In this document: positions 50,683 through 64,000 of the stretch, one piece after another
How the letters are laid out: every line of letters begins with the position of its first letter
Numbering within the stretch: position 1 is the stretch's first letter
Notes under the pieces: model-generated
What the model saw: the letters and a program-made list of their open reading frames with translations, nothing else
The model's database searches: none
Told to the model about the DNA's origin: nothing
Translations under genes and position numbers: made by a program
Assembly: GCF_031769215.1 (NCBI RefSeq)
Contig: NW_026782094.1
Span: 806,001-870,000 of the forward strand
Length of the DNA stretch: 64,000 nt
Source of the DNA: Ylistrum balloti
Taxonomy: Eukaryota
Reading direction: 5' to 3'

Positions 50683-53600
50683 ATATCTAAAAGGACAATG
50701 TAGGAACTATGTGGTAATGTTGTGTATAGCAGCGAGGATTATATTACTATATATGCTGTACGACCATTTGCGTTGCCAGTAGGACGCGGACTCTATACGT
50801 TAACATTACAAGAACAGAACGGACGTCATTTTTTCGATACATACGTAATCTACGTGGATGAGTTGCGTTACATATGACAAAACTGAATTGTGTTCTGAAC
50901 TTGTGTGTTGCTTGTGTGAAGATTATGATTAAAACTGGTACATTTCATTGAAACTCAACAAAGTTTTCCTGAGTACATTAACAAATGAAAAATACATTTT
51001 TGTAAACATATATAAATGATTGGAAGTTGATTGATGGATGGGTGAGAGGTCGAGCGGATATTTGTAGAAACACATAATGAGCAAATAATGGGAGGTTTCA
51101 AAACCAAATTTATTAAGTCATTTTATTATGGAGATTTGAATCTTAGTTTCTAATCTAATGTCAAAAATCGAATATTTGTTTAATTGTCTTGGCCATGGAG
51201 ATGAGAGATATAAAAAGGAAAAATATGCGAAATATGCGTATTCAATTTTTTGTTTCTGTTTTTTGTAAGCTAATGTTGGAATATTGATGTGCCTATGGGA
51301 AATAAAGAATATGCAAAAAAATGCACACGTCATCATCTGGCTTCTTGCTTCATCGCAACTATAAGTATATTTATTACATTAAGTCATTTATTGAAAAATA
51401 AGATAACTTATTTTATTAGCCCTCTGGAAATTATAGTTTTGTTACTTTTTCCTGACTACATGACTTCGCCAATCTCTAGATTTTGTCTCACAAAATAATG
51501 TGTGGGCGTAGTTCTAGATGTTCACCCCTTTCTGTCATCCTATAGATATCCGAATCCTGGGACTGAATGTGTTTATTTGTATTAAGATTTAAGAGTTTCA
51601 CGTACTAGAAAAAGTAGAAAAATCTCACCTTTAAGCCTGTGCTAATTGATGAAAGTAGAAAAGGACAATATACCAAGGAATTACTAATTGTCTTAGTAGC
51701 ATTTAGAAGAAGTCACGTCTAGTACAATTATTTCCTGTGCGGTTACTTAGAACACACATGATAAATCTGAGTGGGCAAAAACAGCAACAGCAGGTAGGTG
51801 TTTCTCACGCACCAAACTAACAAACAAACAGGATGTACTAGAACTGATCTAACAAATAATTAAAATAGGACATAGCACTTTTATAGTAAGACAACATTAT
51901 CATTTCGAAGTTAATGGAGATGAGATAAAATTGTACGAGTAAAAATATATAAACAATAAGCTACTGCTATCATCAGATTTTCAATAACTTACAGAATTAA
52001 TAACTTAGGTTGTATCTATATAGGTTTTTAGACATTAATTTTCATCTATATTCCTCGGCCTCCTCATCGGTTTCATCTTATTATCACTGACAAGGCAGGG
52101 AAATATGGGACAGTCGTATGACGGCTTCATTCACATTTGACTCGAAATCTAAATTTGTAGGGAAAGGTGATATTCATTTTTGTGAGCTTTGTACATTTTT
52201 GTTCTCCTTTGAAAGTCAATTCAAAATCGGTGATCAACTTGAATAGTCCATCTGGTTTTAGGAATGGATATAGTTTAATACGAATTGTGGCTCGTGGATG
52301 GGAGATAGGGTAATGACTTGACGCTATATGTCTACTGTGTTACATTCTAGATATTTATGGAGTGCTGACAGTGTCTTGTTTGTCTTGTATGTACAATTAA
52401 TTAGTACTTACCATGGGAGAGCATCTCGGTTGGAGTTTGTGGTGGAGGTGGGGGATGTTAGGTGAGGCGGGGGTGGGTGAGTGGGTGGGTGAGGGGTTCC
52501 ATTACACCGTTAGCGCTATTCATTGACTGGTAGAGTACGACAAAAATACGACACGAAGACACGAAAATATAAGCTTTAAGTGTTTAACACAGTTTCAAAA
52601 TATAACCATGTTAGTAATGTTATCTTCATCTATAAATTAATGTTTTCACGACGTTTGGATGTAATACATGTGTGCTTTAAACACGAAAGGTTTCATTATT
52701 GGTATAAAATACATGGTAGAAAATGTCAACCACTTTGCCCTATGCATTTAAATGACTAACTGTTATAGTCTTTAAGGTCTGGTGTGGTTTGTTTGAACGC
52801 CATCTTATCAGCGAAACTGTTTGGATAGCACATCCCGTATATTGTTAGAGGATATGTGGTAACTTTACAGTTCTGAAATGTCTCTCGATACCATTCGTGT
52901 TTTAAATATTTCTTCTATGTTTTCCTTACAGTGTGATACGAGAAGAGTACACATTTTCAAGGCTGCCTCTTCAGGTTGACCTAAATAAACAAACACACTT
53001 TAAACTGCTGTCCATACATATATAAGACATTTATCAATGTCGGTATTTATGTCCAGCAACAAATTAACTGTCGAATTATCATTGCTGATTACAATCATTA
53101 TATCAAGTGTATCGTACCAAATGAAGAAAAATGTCTCTCCCCCTAAACTTTATGAAGTTTAACATAACATATATATTAAATTTTGGTCATTGAGTTTTGC
53201 AGTTTATATATATCGGATCTTATATGAGTCAGATTTCTTTTCATATAATTAATATAATTTCATGAAATTTTGTTCCTATGACTTAGCCACCAAAACATAA
53301 AACTTCGAAGTTTCATGAATTACGTTTTTTTTTTTTTTCATCACGTAAAAAGTTTTTGACGGGTTTTTATTCTAGAATATGGATGACCAATTCGACACTT
53401 TGCTGTGTCATTTACAATTACTGACGTAACGTCAACGCCAAGTTCTGACTGACACAGTCAATGAAAAACGCTATAGGGTACATTGCTCAAGTGACATATG
53501 CAACACAAAAATAACATGTGGACGAATGTTCTGGATAACAGTCATATTACGTTGAAAATCTCTGTAAAACTAGCGTTCAAATCACATAACCACACTGTAA

Positions 53601-55699
53601 GAGTGCACGGTGTCCTCTCTATTCTATTGCTTGCAATTAGTTTTGATTTCAAATTAATTGTATTTTATTTTTGCAATCGTGATTATTTGCTCACTTTAGT
53701 CAAGCAAAGCATACTTGGCAACTGTTGCTTTCAAGAATATCAAATAAATCCTTAAAAGAATTTTTTCCAGATAGTGATATTAATGTAAAATGCCAAGTTA
53801 CGTAACATTTTAGCAATGACAAGTGAGTTTCTATATGAAAGTCAGTAATGCATTATAAAAACACTTTTTCAATCGCTGTATATCACTTGTCTAGTTTGGT
53901 GATTTTATGTTACTCGTTTATCGATTACCCTTAATGTGCGAAACAATCTTATTCCCATTAAAATGCCTTGAATGATTTTCTAATATAAGGCAATACGTCC
54001 TCCCCTAGCACCAGTCACGTATCGTCTGAAAAGGGGGTCGGCACATTTGTACGACTGTTGGGGATAGAAGCGGGGCAATGAAACGCCTAAATAGAATTAA
54101 CATTTCATCCAAATAGGTTTTGAGTATTTCCTTAAAACTAAACTGTGCTAATATCACACACATTACGAAACTTAATGGATCAGGTAGCTTTTGAAATAGG
54201 AAAAGATAGAATGTTGTGTGGAAACAATAGCTCTGCTCATCATGTAAATTACACCTTGACTATGATGACGCAATTAGGTAGTCGTGATGGCGTGTGGAGT
54301 TTAGGATACAGCGTCAGCCATGCTGTAATTTCAGTACGATTAGGGAACCTATAATCACATTTCAACACAACCTTCCGATTGTTCTGCGTTATTAGAACAA
54401 TCAAAGTTTAATGCCAAAACCGCAGTTCTAATATCTTTTAATGTTTTCCTATAACACTATCGATTAGAAAAAAGGAAGAAAACACGAGTACGTATGAAGT
54501 GAAGGAAATGTTTTAAAGGGATTGGTTAAGATATAAATACGATTACTATGGTTTTGTTTGTTGGAAAAAAAGTAATTAGGAGTATTTTCCAAGTGATTGT
54601 GCACGAAATGCTTTAACGTACACTAGTGGATAGATGTTACACTGCCATACCTGAATATATCATTACAATTAGAGGCAAGTTCAATTAGTTCTGTATAGAT
54701 GATAACATAGTATGGCTACATTGAAATTTTGCTATTCAACATAATGGATAAAATGTGGAAAAATGGCTCTAAACAGTTTTGTTTATAGTGAAAAAAGTAC
54801 ATTAAAGGTATAATTTGTTCCTAAGACAATTACCTGGCGACTTTTTGGTATATAGAGGTGTGCGAGGCGTTACTATTGGACAAGAAAGAACTAGTTTAGG
54901 GACCTTGAAATGCAATTATTATAAAGTACAAGATTTTTGTAGTGTTTTCTTAGGCAACGCGTTCGCTAATGGCAAAGGGAAAAATAATGTACTTAAGGAA
55001 GAGAAAATGAGAAAAAAGAAAGTTAAACAAAATCTCTGAAGACTTTGATAACTAGGTTAAGCTTTTCAAAATAAGCTTGAATCAAGTGATATTGGAGAAA
55101 ATTTGGTAAAGCTTATCAGAAAAAGCTTAAGACAACAGCGGGAAGTGCCGAGAACATCGAATGATGATATATATTGTCCAGTAACGTTAATATCTATCTG
55201 GAAAGAGTATTCTGTCGATCATAAATGAATCAATATTGACTGTTTTCTTATTTACTCATTAATATGATGAAAGCTTGTACGTATTCGAGAATTGTAATCG
55301 TTTTCATGTAAAATAATTTTACATTATAGAAATTGGATTCCATCGGTAATTTAGAATAATGATCTTCATCAAGCAATGTTATCAGGTAAGTGTCAGTAAA
55401 TAGCTTCATAGATATATGAATATGATGATTTTCATGTTCCTATCACGTCAAAGGTTGTAGACTTTGGACCTGAAGCAAAAAATGACCATTGTTCTAAACA
55501 ACCGTCTATTTTACACTCAAACTTGTTACATGTTATGAAAATTGAACATGATGTTTATATAGAAACAATATAGATAATAAACTAACTTGTTCAAGATGAA
55601 TAAAACAGATACATAGTATCAAATTTGTTCATTCATTGCTTGACTGTGAAGTGCGTTTTGGATTTGTAAAGCTAGAGCTGCCCAGATGTGTGTAAGGCA

Positions 55700-56080
55700 C
55701 GACAAACTCTTCGACAGATACCTCAATTATTCTCAAAACGATCTCAATAACACCACTTGTAATGTTTACTTCTCTAAGTTAGTTTCATATTCAAAGATTT
55801 GTATATCGACAGCTCATAGAAAAGATCTCAGTACAGAGTGTCGAGAGAGGACGATTATGATGAATGATCTCAATGGAAAATATTCGTTTACCTATATCGA
55901 TGTGAGGTTGAACGTGTTTGGTGTTCGGAAGCATGCCTGGTGTTATTATCCTTGTACATTACAAGAGGTTTTCGTGTTAATATTGTTTACATTTCCTCCA
56001 CGATCCATCAATTTTGAGTTTGAATTAACACTTTGTCGACTTGTTTGTATCTGTTTTATGTTTGCATTTTTCCAAACAGG
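55700..56080 (+). mobile_element. Penelope-like RT C-terminal remnant
   Basis: ORF 55686-56120 contains KLFDR and VYFSKLVSYSKIC, matching KLYDK and VYISQLIRYARAC. Confidence 0.6.
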
Positions 56081-56229
56081 TCAAATGTGTCTTCAGCCGC
56101 AGAATTGGGGAAATATTTAAATTTCCTACATACATATCATATATTGTTAGTAGAGCATATTTAAATACAAATGTTGAATTAGATACAGTATAGTAAAATA
56201 AGGAATTGAAATGCATAAGGAATTGAAAT

Positions 56230-56273
56230 GCATCATACAGCTGTTTCGTCCTTGTGGGACTCGTCATTGATGC
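56230..56273 (-). ncRNA. Minimal type I hammerhead ribozyme (Penelope-type), one core substitution
   Basis: Minus strand GCATCA-ATGACGA-GTCC-CACAA-GGAC-GAAAC-AGCT-GTA-TGATGC: 6-bp stem I, 4-bp stem II, GAAA, palindromic AGCU stem III loop and GUA cleavage triplet. The core reads AUGACGA instead of CUGANGA. Confidence 0.8.
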
Positions 56274-57929
56274 TCAGGACCTGCATTTAGAAACTTTTGA
56301 GCCGCTTAAGGAAATGAAAAGCGTAGATTTCATACATCTAAGCGTACCATTATTCAGACGAGTTAAAAAGGGACACGTAGATTTTCTTCAGTTGCTTCCT
56401 ACATATCACTTTAATGTTTTTCAAACACAATATACTTTGTCGTTAGTTCTTTTATTATCATTCCTTGCAGCGTACAATATTGACATTTTCCTTAATAACA
56501 AGAATTTCTGGTTATTTTCAAGACGGACTTAGTCTCCAGCAACTTTCTTTTATCATTACAAGGCAATAACATGACAATGGGAAAAAAGGCAAAAAAGTGA
56601 TATCATAATACTACGTCTAATTCGATTTAACAGCTGTAAGTCTCCATAGCAACCGAAAAATGCAAATTTTGCAAAACATTGCTTAAATCTTTTATTTGAC
56701 AAAGGCTATGCTGTGATAGAAAACAATGTTTGTGAACAGGTTTTCGATATATAAAAGTCGGGGTCAAAAATCAATTGATTGATTTATATTTGTTTTCAAA
56801 TATCAAAGAAAAGTTTTCTTCTGAGTCAGCATTCCTATATTTCAAATCTGTGATTTGTTGAATTCTGCACAAAACACTCATAGTTATATTCAAAGGAATT
56901 ACCCAAACAGCATGGAAACGTTGAAACTGTTGACGCTTAAAACCGATTCACAACGTAAACAGGAAAAATTCTACGTAACGCCATATCAAAGGCTCCATAT
57001 TGGATAAGTAAATACAGTTATTGGTAACAAAGTGTTTCAAAATAAAAAAGTCTGATTTTAAGTTGTAATATATTGAATTATGTCCTACCTCCGGCCAAAC
57101 ATGAGATTCGTTCATCCTTGATATATTTTCCGCGTAAGTGAACAGCTCCAATAATTTTCTTTAAACATAGATTTCTTTTAATGTACAGCACCCAGGCCTT
57201 TCTTTTCACATTTTGTCCCTATTTATTTGCATGGCTGCCTTGATAATTTAATTAAGACAGCGGCACATTTTAGATATCATTGTTTTGACGTTGATTGGTC
57301 TCGTTTCCTACATTCATTCACCTTATTCGAATTCATATTTTTTTAATATAGGACTGGTACAGATCAAAGAGGTTAGTTGTAAAGTTGTGTCATTAAAGAT
57401 GACGCGATCTGACGGGAACTGTACAACACATATGCAGATTAGCTAATAGGGAAACATAAATGTTTTCGTCATGTTCTCAGTTGGAAATATTAAATACTGG
57501 GTATGTAAAAGATTGTACACCCCTTACTATATCTCGTGGTTCCGTTTCTATTAATCAAATAGTTATTTTGGGAACATGACATTATTTAGTCCAAGATTTA
57601 AGTAAGATTTTTCGACAGAACAGTAGACACTTGGAACATCTGGTCGTTTTCTCCTTCTTATAACTGTTATCCTTGTATTTCCCTTTTTTCATTATTTGTC
57701 TTCGTTCCGTTTTATTGATTTTGAGTTCCAATTGGGTTTTCGTACAGACGTCTTTATGGTTTTAATTAAATGTGAAACAACAACAAAAAAAAACAAAAAA
57801 CAAAAAAAAACAAAAACAAAAAACAAGAATAAAATCAATAAAAAAAATGAATGAATATTTCTGATTTACGTGAACGTTCGATGCTATTTCATTTTGACGC
57901 GCCAGTGATATAATACAAGACATGACTGA

Positions 57930-58260
57930 AATTGTAATGATCCTGTTCAAGTACGGTGTAAGTTTTTTTCAAAATGCTACAGATGAAGAATGATGAAGAA
58001 TATGGCTATGGCTTCAAGTCGCCACCATGACCTCGTTGGAAACTATTCCATTGTCTTGAGCAATGTGAATATCAGTTAGTTGTGTTGTCGTCGGGATTGA
58101 TATACAGGTGTAGAAGAGACGCTTACCCTTTCCGAACACCTGATTAATTTTGTGTTTTTTAAAAGCATCATTTTAAGTATTATTCTATCAATATTTTGAC
58201 CTCTCTTCCTTCATTCTGATCTTTAATTACTTATTTTTATTGTGTGTCTGTTAGCTCTCA
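57930..58260 (+). mobile_element. Penelope-like 3' remnant
   Basis: SRHHDLVGNYSI matches GRHHDLVDRYGI; followed by GAAGAGACGCTTACCCTTTCCGAACACCTG. Confidence 0.65.
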
Positions 58261-59637
58261 AATGTTGTGTTTTTTTTATGTATTTGCAATCGTAAATGGT
58301 GTATCTTAGTCCATTGAATTTTTCTTTTTAACAAAGGAAATTGATTGTTTTATTGAGAAGGAAAGTTTCACTACATTGAGGTTTGGATTCAGAGCACCTA
58401 GTCTTTTCGATCAATTCTAATTTTCCCAATTTTCCTCCAATATTTCAGATTTAGGCCCCGTCATTACTTAAAGGACGAAGCAGCTCTATGTTGTAGATTT
58501 TATCATTATTTCGCTATGCTGTATCTAACTCTAACTTTATATTAAAGGCCATATTCATGCGTGCCGTTTGTGCAATTCCTGATCTCATCCTTTCTCACGA
58601 AAGTTACAAACTTCGCGACCTGTTTTTATAAAGTGAACATATAAGTGGTAAGTGAACTTCTACAGCGTACTTATCTCTAAAACAAACATCAATTCAAGCA
58701 GTTGCAGAAAGTCAAGAAATAGAATTAATTAAGTTAATCAATTGCGATTGCTTGAATATCGATTTTTGTTGTAATAACGATTTATTTTGAAGACGTGTCA
58801 ATTTATAATATCTTAATTATTTGTTAAAATCTAAAATATGACTTTTAATTTGAAAATTATGCAGGAATAACGCAAAAGATAAGATATCTATGTTTTACCG
58901 TTTAGAGCTGTTGGAGTTATTCTCAGCACGTGTAAGTGATAACGTCATGAACAAGCTTACTTATTTAGAATTAAATGCTTTACTTGTATATGTATTATTT
59001 TAATTTGCTTTTCCTATGAAGGGACCATGAGGTCAACCCTAACACAAGACGCAATATAATCAAAACTCCAAAAATTACAAGTATGGAAAAATGACCTGCC
59101 GCATAACAAATCATGATGATGAATAAATGTCTATACCTTTATTGATTAGGAAAAACGTGAGAACTGGAATATATTTAGTCATGTTTAAAATCATTCTGGT
59201 GATTTCTTGTATAGTTGTCGCAGTATTTGTATTTATCTTTTTGATATGTAATTTGTATTTGAATTGAGGCTGTGAAATTTTCAAATTCATACACTGTAAC
59301 TTTTCTAGCTTTTTGCCTATGAATGGTGTCAGAATCGATATAATAGATTATTTGGCCCTTTACTTTTTTCCTGTGGCTTGTGAAGTAATGCATTTTTCGA
59401 GTACGAATTTTACATGTGATCTATTTCTGAATTAAGGGTATAAATAAGGTAACTGAGATATTGGGATTAACACATATATCTTTATCTCTTAATCACTCAA
59501 ACTGGAATAGTATAACTTCTTTGTGTCAGAATTACGACTCTAGACTTCTTTGACCGCAATACTTTATCTTGAATTACAAATGTAGATTATTTATCTCAAA
59601 GATTTTCACGATCATTTAAACTCACAAATATTGAATG

Positions 59638-59830
59638 NNNNNNNNNNNNNNNNNNNNNNNNNNNNNNNNNNNNNNNNNNNNNNNNNNNNNNNNNNNNNNN
59701 NNNNNNNNNNNNNNNNNNNNNNNNNNNNNNNNNNNNNNNNNNNNNNNNNNNNNNNNNNNNNNNNNNNNNNNNNNNNNNNNNNNNNNNNNNNNNNNNNNNN
59801 NNNNNNNNNNNNNNNNNNNNNNNNNNNNNN
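59638..59830. other. Assembly gap (193 N)
   Basis: Run of N. Confidence 1.
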
Positions 59831-60899
59831 TAATGTCGTCATATCATTTGATTGCCTTGTTATTCAATAAACATACCCCTGTATTATATTGCGTATAACA
59901 CTTGTAATACATCCTGTTGTGACGTCGGCAGATTTGGAAAGTAAGATGGCGTCACACACGGACGGTATTCTGACGTAACAATGTAGGGCATAAATATGAA
60001 AACGAAATGCTGAAATGATCAATCATGTGATCAGACTTGCTCAAAGTTATTTCTTTTCACTCATTCAGTAAATCACGTGTGTAAAGGAAACTGGTATAAA
60101 ATCCTATATCTATGTTAAATTCGTCCCCTTATACAATTCGCTTACATACAATAATGTCAAATACATTGTACTTTCCTTAATCCAAATACATAGCATATGT
60201 TAACCATTATTAAATTTATCTTAAATAGAAAATAATCACTTAATTAGGATACATACACATTCCATTACTAGAGATTTCACATGTATTTCAAGTTGTCCTT
60301 TGACATATTAATTTTCATAACACAAACAAACTTCTGCTCGCAATAACTCAATATTTCACATCCACGCACATATGAACACACGAACACACTCAACGGAAGC
60401 TCGGCTTACAGTGTACAGCGCAAGCGAGTGTGAGCTTATCCCATCACCTTATAAGATGTGTTAGGCTAATTAGCATGCCTCTAATTGCAAATTTGTACTG
60501 ATGACGGTTTCATGCTTTGTTTTGGTAATTAGAAACACTTCAAGTGTTAATTGTTTCTAGTTTCCGATGGGAATTAAAACATTTTGTAATAAAAGCACTT
60601 TTAAGACATTATCTGTTTTCAAATCAAATATCAAAGCTAATTTTTCGATCCATGAAAAACGAGCGTGTTCTGAATTAATCTAATGACTTGAAATACGTGG
60701 TTCCGATAATAGTGCTCAACTTGCTGCGCGTGAATCCCCCAGTGGTATTCAGATCCCAGCGACCTGCAATTATGTTATTAAATGGGATAATTGCAAGAAA
60801 TCAGAGACAATATTGCAATTTCTCGTTTAGAAGCTCTGTCGCATGGCTGACGAACTCTCTACTGCTTTATCTTATCATCATATTATTGATCCGGGTTCG

Positions 60900-60990
60900 A
60901 AAGTCCGCCTCCTACTTCAGCGGATACATTTGTCAGACACGCCCACTCTTCATTAGAATTCCAATGCTAGATTCGAACCAATCAGACAAA
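60900..60990 (+). promoter_or_regulatory. Candidate promoter (GC boxes and CCAAT) upstream of the 61314 exon
   Basis: CCGCCT at ~60905, ACGCCC at ~60939 and CCAAT at ~60978, in a locally CpG-rich stretch. Confidence 0.3.
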
Positions 60991-61313
60991 AACTATCCTT
61001 TTCGAAATTAACTTATCAAAGATAATTCAATTTTGCTGAGATGTTTTGACTTTGAATAATTTGAATGTTTTTATGTATGAGCTGACATAGGAGAAAGAAC
61101 CAGGATAGTTTTATTTCGAACTTAGACCCGCCATTGAGCTATCTTACCATCAAAGTAGGCAAGATTATCTACCATGTATACGAAGCTAATGGACAACCGT
61201 TACGCGTGAACACTATAAATTTTAGATACAAATAACTATGTCGAAAATTCAAAATAAGAAATATCTGTGTTTATCAAAGTGACTATATCTAAAGACGAAA
61301 TATAACTCTCATC

Positions 61314-61572
61314 ATGGAAGGTCTGACAGAATTCGTCTCGAAATCATTTAGCGACGACAACGAGGATGTAAACAAGCCATCAAAACAGCCAATGACTACA
61401 GCGTCAACAACGATAAAATGTGAGGAAAAAATAGTCGTTGATGACAATCAACAGGAAGCGACTGACCTACGTATTGTACATAAGGAAGAGGATCAATCCA
61501 AACCATTGCCTTCATGTGACCCGATACCTAAACTGGACAATCTGGACGTCGTTACGGACGGTTCGGACACAG
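61314..61572 (+). CDS. First coding exon of an unidentified gene (acidic, low-complexity N-terminus); remainder not found in the window
   Basis: Kozak-like ATCATGG, open frame with protein-like composition, strong phase-1 donor ACA G|GTAAGA at 61573. Confidence 0.6.
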
Positions 61573-62599
61573 GTAAGAAACCGTGGTCAATCACATACTT
61601 TTCTGTCACTCTTACAGTGTAACCCCGTATTGATAACCCCAATCTTCCACTTAGGGAACTATATGTTTATACATGTTTGGTACAAACTATTGGCGATAAT
61701 TTTTTTTAATCCGTAAATTCTAAATTGGTGGATATGCAAAATAGTAAACACAGCTTTGATTTGCAAATTTGTATGATATATAAGTTGGTAATATAACTAC
61801 TTGAAAAAGGTGCAAATAAAACCCCTCAAATATTATATGGTCATTTTGTATATACTTATATACATATACTATTGAAGAACAACATTGTTTGTTATGATGT
61901 ATACATGTAATTCGTTCTTGAAGTATTATTTCCCCATAACATGGGATCAGGTGTAAGGCTGCAAGAGTTTCTAATGTAATGGTAAATTCAATGGTTATTT
62001 CTTGAAATATATAGTTTTCCTTAAACGAATGAAAAACAAAATGCCAGTGCAGGGTGGATTACAAGAATTGTAATAAAATGTTTCATGTTACAATATCAAG
62101 GAAAATTTCAATATATTCAATTCCAAAATGAACAATTATTTTCATAAATTACCCAAAATATGCAGAATATGTACACGTTTCATATACAGCGAAGGGGGGG
62201 AACAACACTTTAGAGCTGGAACTCAAACATTTACAACAACATGTAAAAGTAACGTTTATTTCTAAATATCTTATAGTCAATTTTTTGTCTACTGCTCGTC
62301 TAGTTCAGGTAGTCCTAAGATATCTCATGTGGTAAATGAAATTTTAGGAAAACTGAAAGCTTCAGCATTTAACAAATCAGAAAAACAAGCTAAGTTACAT
62401 GAACATGTATTTGTTGAAAAATGTTAAAACTTTATTGTATTCTACGTTCATCTGATATCCTGATTATCATTGCTCTGCTCATGTTTTTCTCTGTGTTACA
62501 TCGCAGTGAAAACGTGTACGTTTTCAAAATTACCTCACTCAAAACAAACACAAAAACAAAACATCCTATCTGGTTGTAAACTACGAATACATATCCAAT

Positions 62600-62820
62600 A
62601 TACTTGCTTACATTTAAAACTTTGTTCCGAGATGTCCGTTTTTCATTTTCGTCCGTATATACTGCTTTTGCAATGTCAAACAAGACAAACTGGGATTTGA
62701 AATTCCTAATATTACATCATATTTACAATGTTTCATTGTGGTTCACAACTTTGTTTTTTATTTCATATTTCCTATTTTCTGACAAGATGTTTTATTTCTG
62801 TCAGTCATAATTTTCCAAAT
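62600..62820 (-). mobile_element. Degraded LINE reverse-transcriptase fragment
   Basis: Across frameshifts: NILSEN..., SCEPQ and VLFDIAKA, matching NILxxxQxGFR..RSCETQL..LDFxKAFD. Confidence 0.45.
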
Positions 62821-63520
62821 TATCAAAATACAACTATTCAAAATTACAAAATAAATAATCAAAAAAATAAAACTTTAAAACTACTTGATCAAGTGGCGCC
62901 GTATAACGATTTAAAGAAGATGTGATTTTTATTTATTTATTCGGACTTTTTAAATATATATTTAGCTTCATCTTGGTCATATTGTTATAAAAATATATGT
63001 ACCATAAAATGGACAGATGCAGTATTAGAGTGTGTAATTAAAAAAAATGTTACCTATAAATTCATTGGATCAAGAGGATTTATCAAACGACACTGGTGAT
63101 ACAGCCTTATCTCTGTCGTCAGATCCATGTTATATAATAAACATACAAACAAGACAAAAAAAAACAACCAACGTATAAAAAATAATATCTGTTGAAAACA
63201 GAGACAAGTTTCAGAGCTGAGACAGAATTATTAGATGATTATGTACAAAATCTGCTAACGTTTGTGTCGAGCAAAATACAACTTCTACAGTTACAACTGT
63301 AAATTTGTGTGCTACCTTTCGATTGGAAAATCAAACGTACACACAAAAACGTGAGCAATGCGACCTTGAAAGCAGATCACATTCCGTCTGGTTTAAAAAC
63401 AGTAACAGAAAAAAATATCTCAGTGTATTTCGTATTGGTAAGATCAATTTTTGACATTAATTAACAATCATATTTCATTAAATATACCTTACATGCAATA
63501 TATGTAATATGCAAACTGTC

Positions 63521-64000
63521 TGTCTTTTAGTTAAAGTGTCTCAAGAGTTTCTGTTGTCTGTCCTTTAGTTAAAGTGTCTCCTGGTTTCTGTTGTCTGTCC
63601 TTTAGTTAAAGTGTCTCATGAGTTTCTGTTGTCTGTCCTTTAGTTAAAGTGTCTCATGAGTTTCTGTTGTCTGTCCTTTCATTAAAGTGTCTCATGAGTC
63701 TCTGTTGTCTTTCCTTTAGTTAAAGTGTCTCCTGAGTTTCTGTTGTCTGCCCTTTAGTTAAAGTGTCTCTTGAGTTTCTGTTGTCTGTCCTTTTATTTCA
63801 TGTCTCCTGGTTTCTGTTGTCTGTCCTTTAGTTAAAGTGTCTCCTGGTTTCTGTTGTCTGTCATTTAGTTAAAGCGTCTCATGAGTTTCTGTTGTCTGTC
63901 CTTTAGTTGAAGTGTCTCCTGGTTTCTGTTGTCTGTCCTTTAGTTCAAGTGTCTCCTGAGTTTCTGTTGTCTGTCCTTTAGTTAAAGTGTCTCCTGAGAT
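63521..64000. repeat. 37-38-bp minisatellite, about 12.5 copies, running off the window end
   Basis: Consensus TTTAGTTAAAGTGTCTC(A/C)TG(A)GTTTCTGTTGTCTGTCC, head to tail with no spacers. Confidence 0.97.

Noticed and set aside
56241-56532. Neuropeptide-precursor-like ORF (CFVLVGLVIDA..RR..KK, repeated VDF)
   Set aside because: No initiating exon was found, and its hydrophobic start is the antisense of the hammerhead motif.
59612-59898. ORFs spanning the N run
   Set aside because: Artefacts of the assembly gap.
63521-64000. CRISPR-like 37-38-bp repeats
   Set aside because: The units are directly adjacent with no unique spacers, there are no cas genes, and the context is eukaryotic.

Overview
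AT-rich, intron-rich animal genomic DNA, most likely a mollusc (inferred from the repeat families and gene types), with one 193-bp N gap. I could assemble four spliced protein-coding genes by hand. (1) A minus-strand TRIM gene, 12816 to 5237: RING, two B-boxes, coiled coil, filamin/Ig-like domain, five symmetric phase-1 mini-exons, then a PRY/SPRY(B30.2)-like domain; about 819 aa. (2) A plus-strand secreted protein not visible as a single ORF in the track, 18112 to 21532: signal peptide, degenerate Ig domain and non-canonical C-type lectin domain, resembling CREP/VIgL proteins. (3, 4) Two tandem SLC16/MCT-family transporter paralogues with identical exon structure, 28969-34012 (503 aa) and 45543-50682 (512 aa); the second needs a GC-AG intron. 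An orphan first coding exon lies at 61314. Intergenic and intronic DNA holds many Penelope-like retroelement remnants, a nearly intact minimal hammerhead ribozyme (56230-56273, minus) with degenerate relatives, a TTAA-flanked Kolobok-like element, a palindromic MITE, a SINE remnant, LINE RT remnants, a ~500-bp tandem/dispersed repeat and a 37-38-bp minisatellite at the right edge. All gene models come from manual reading of splice sites and frames, with no transcript evidence.
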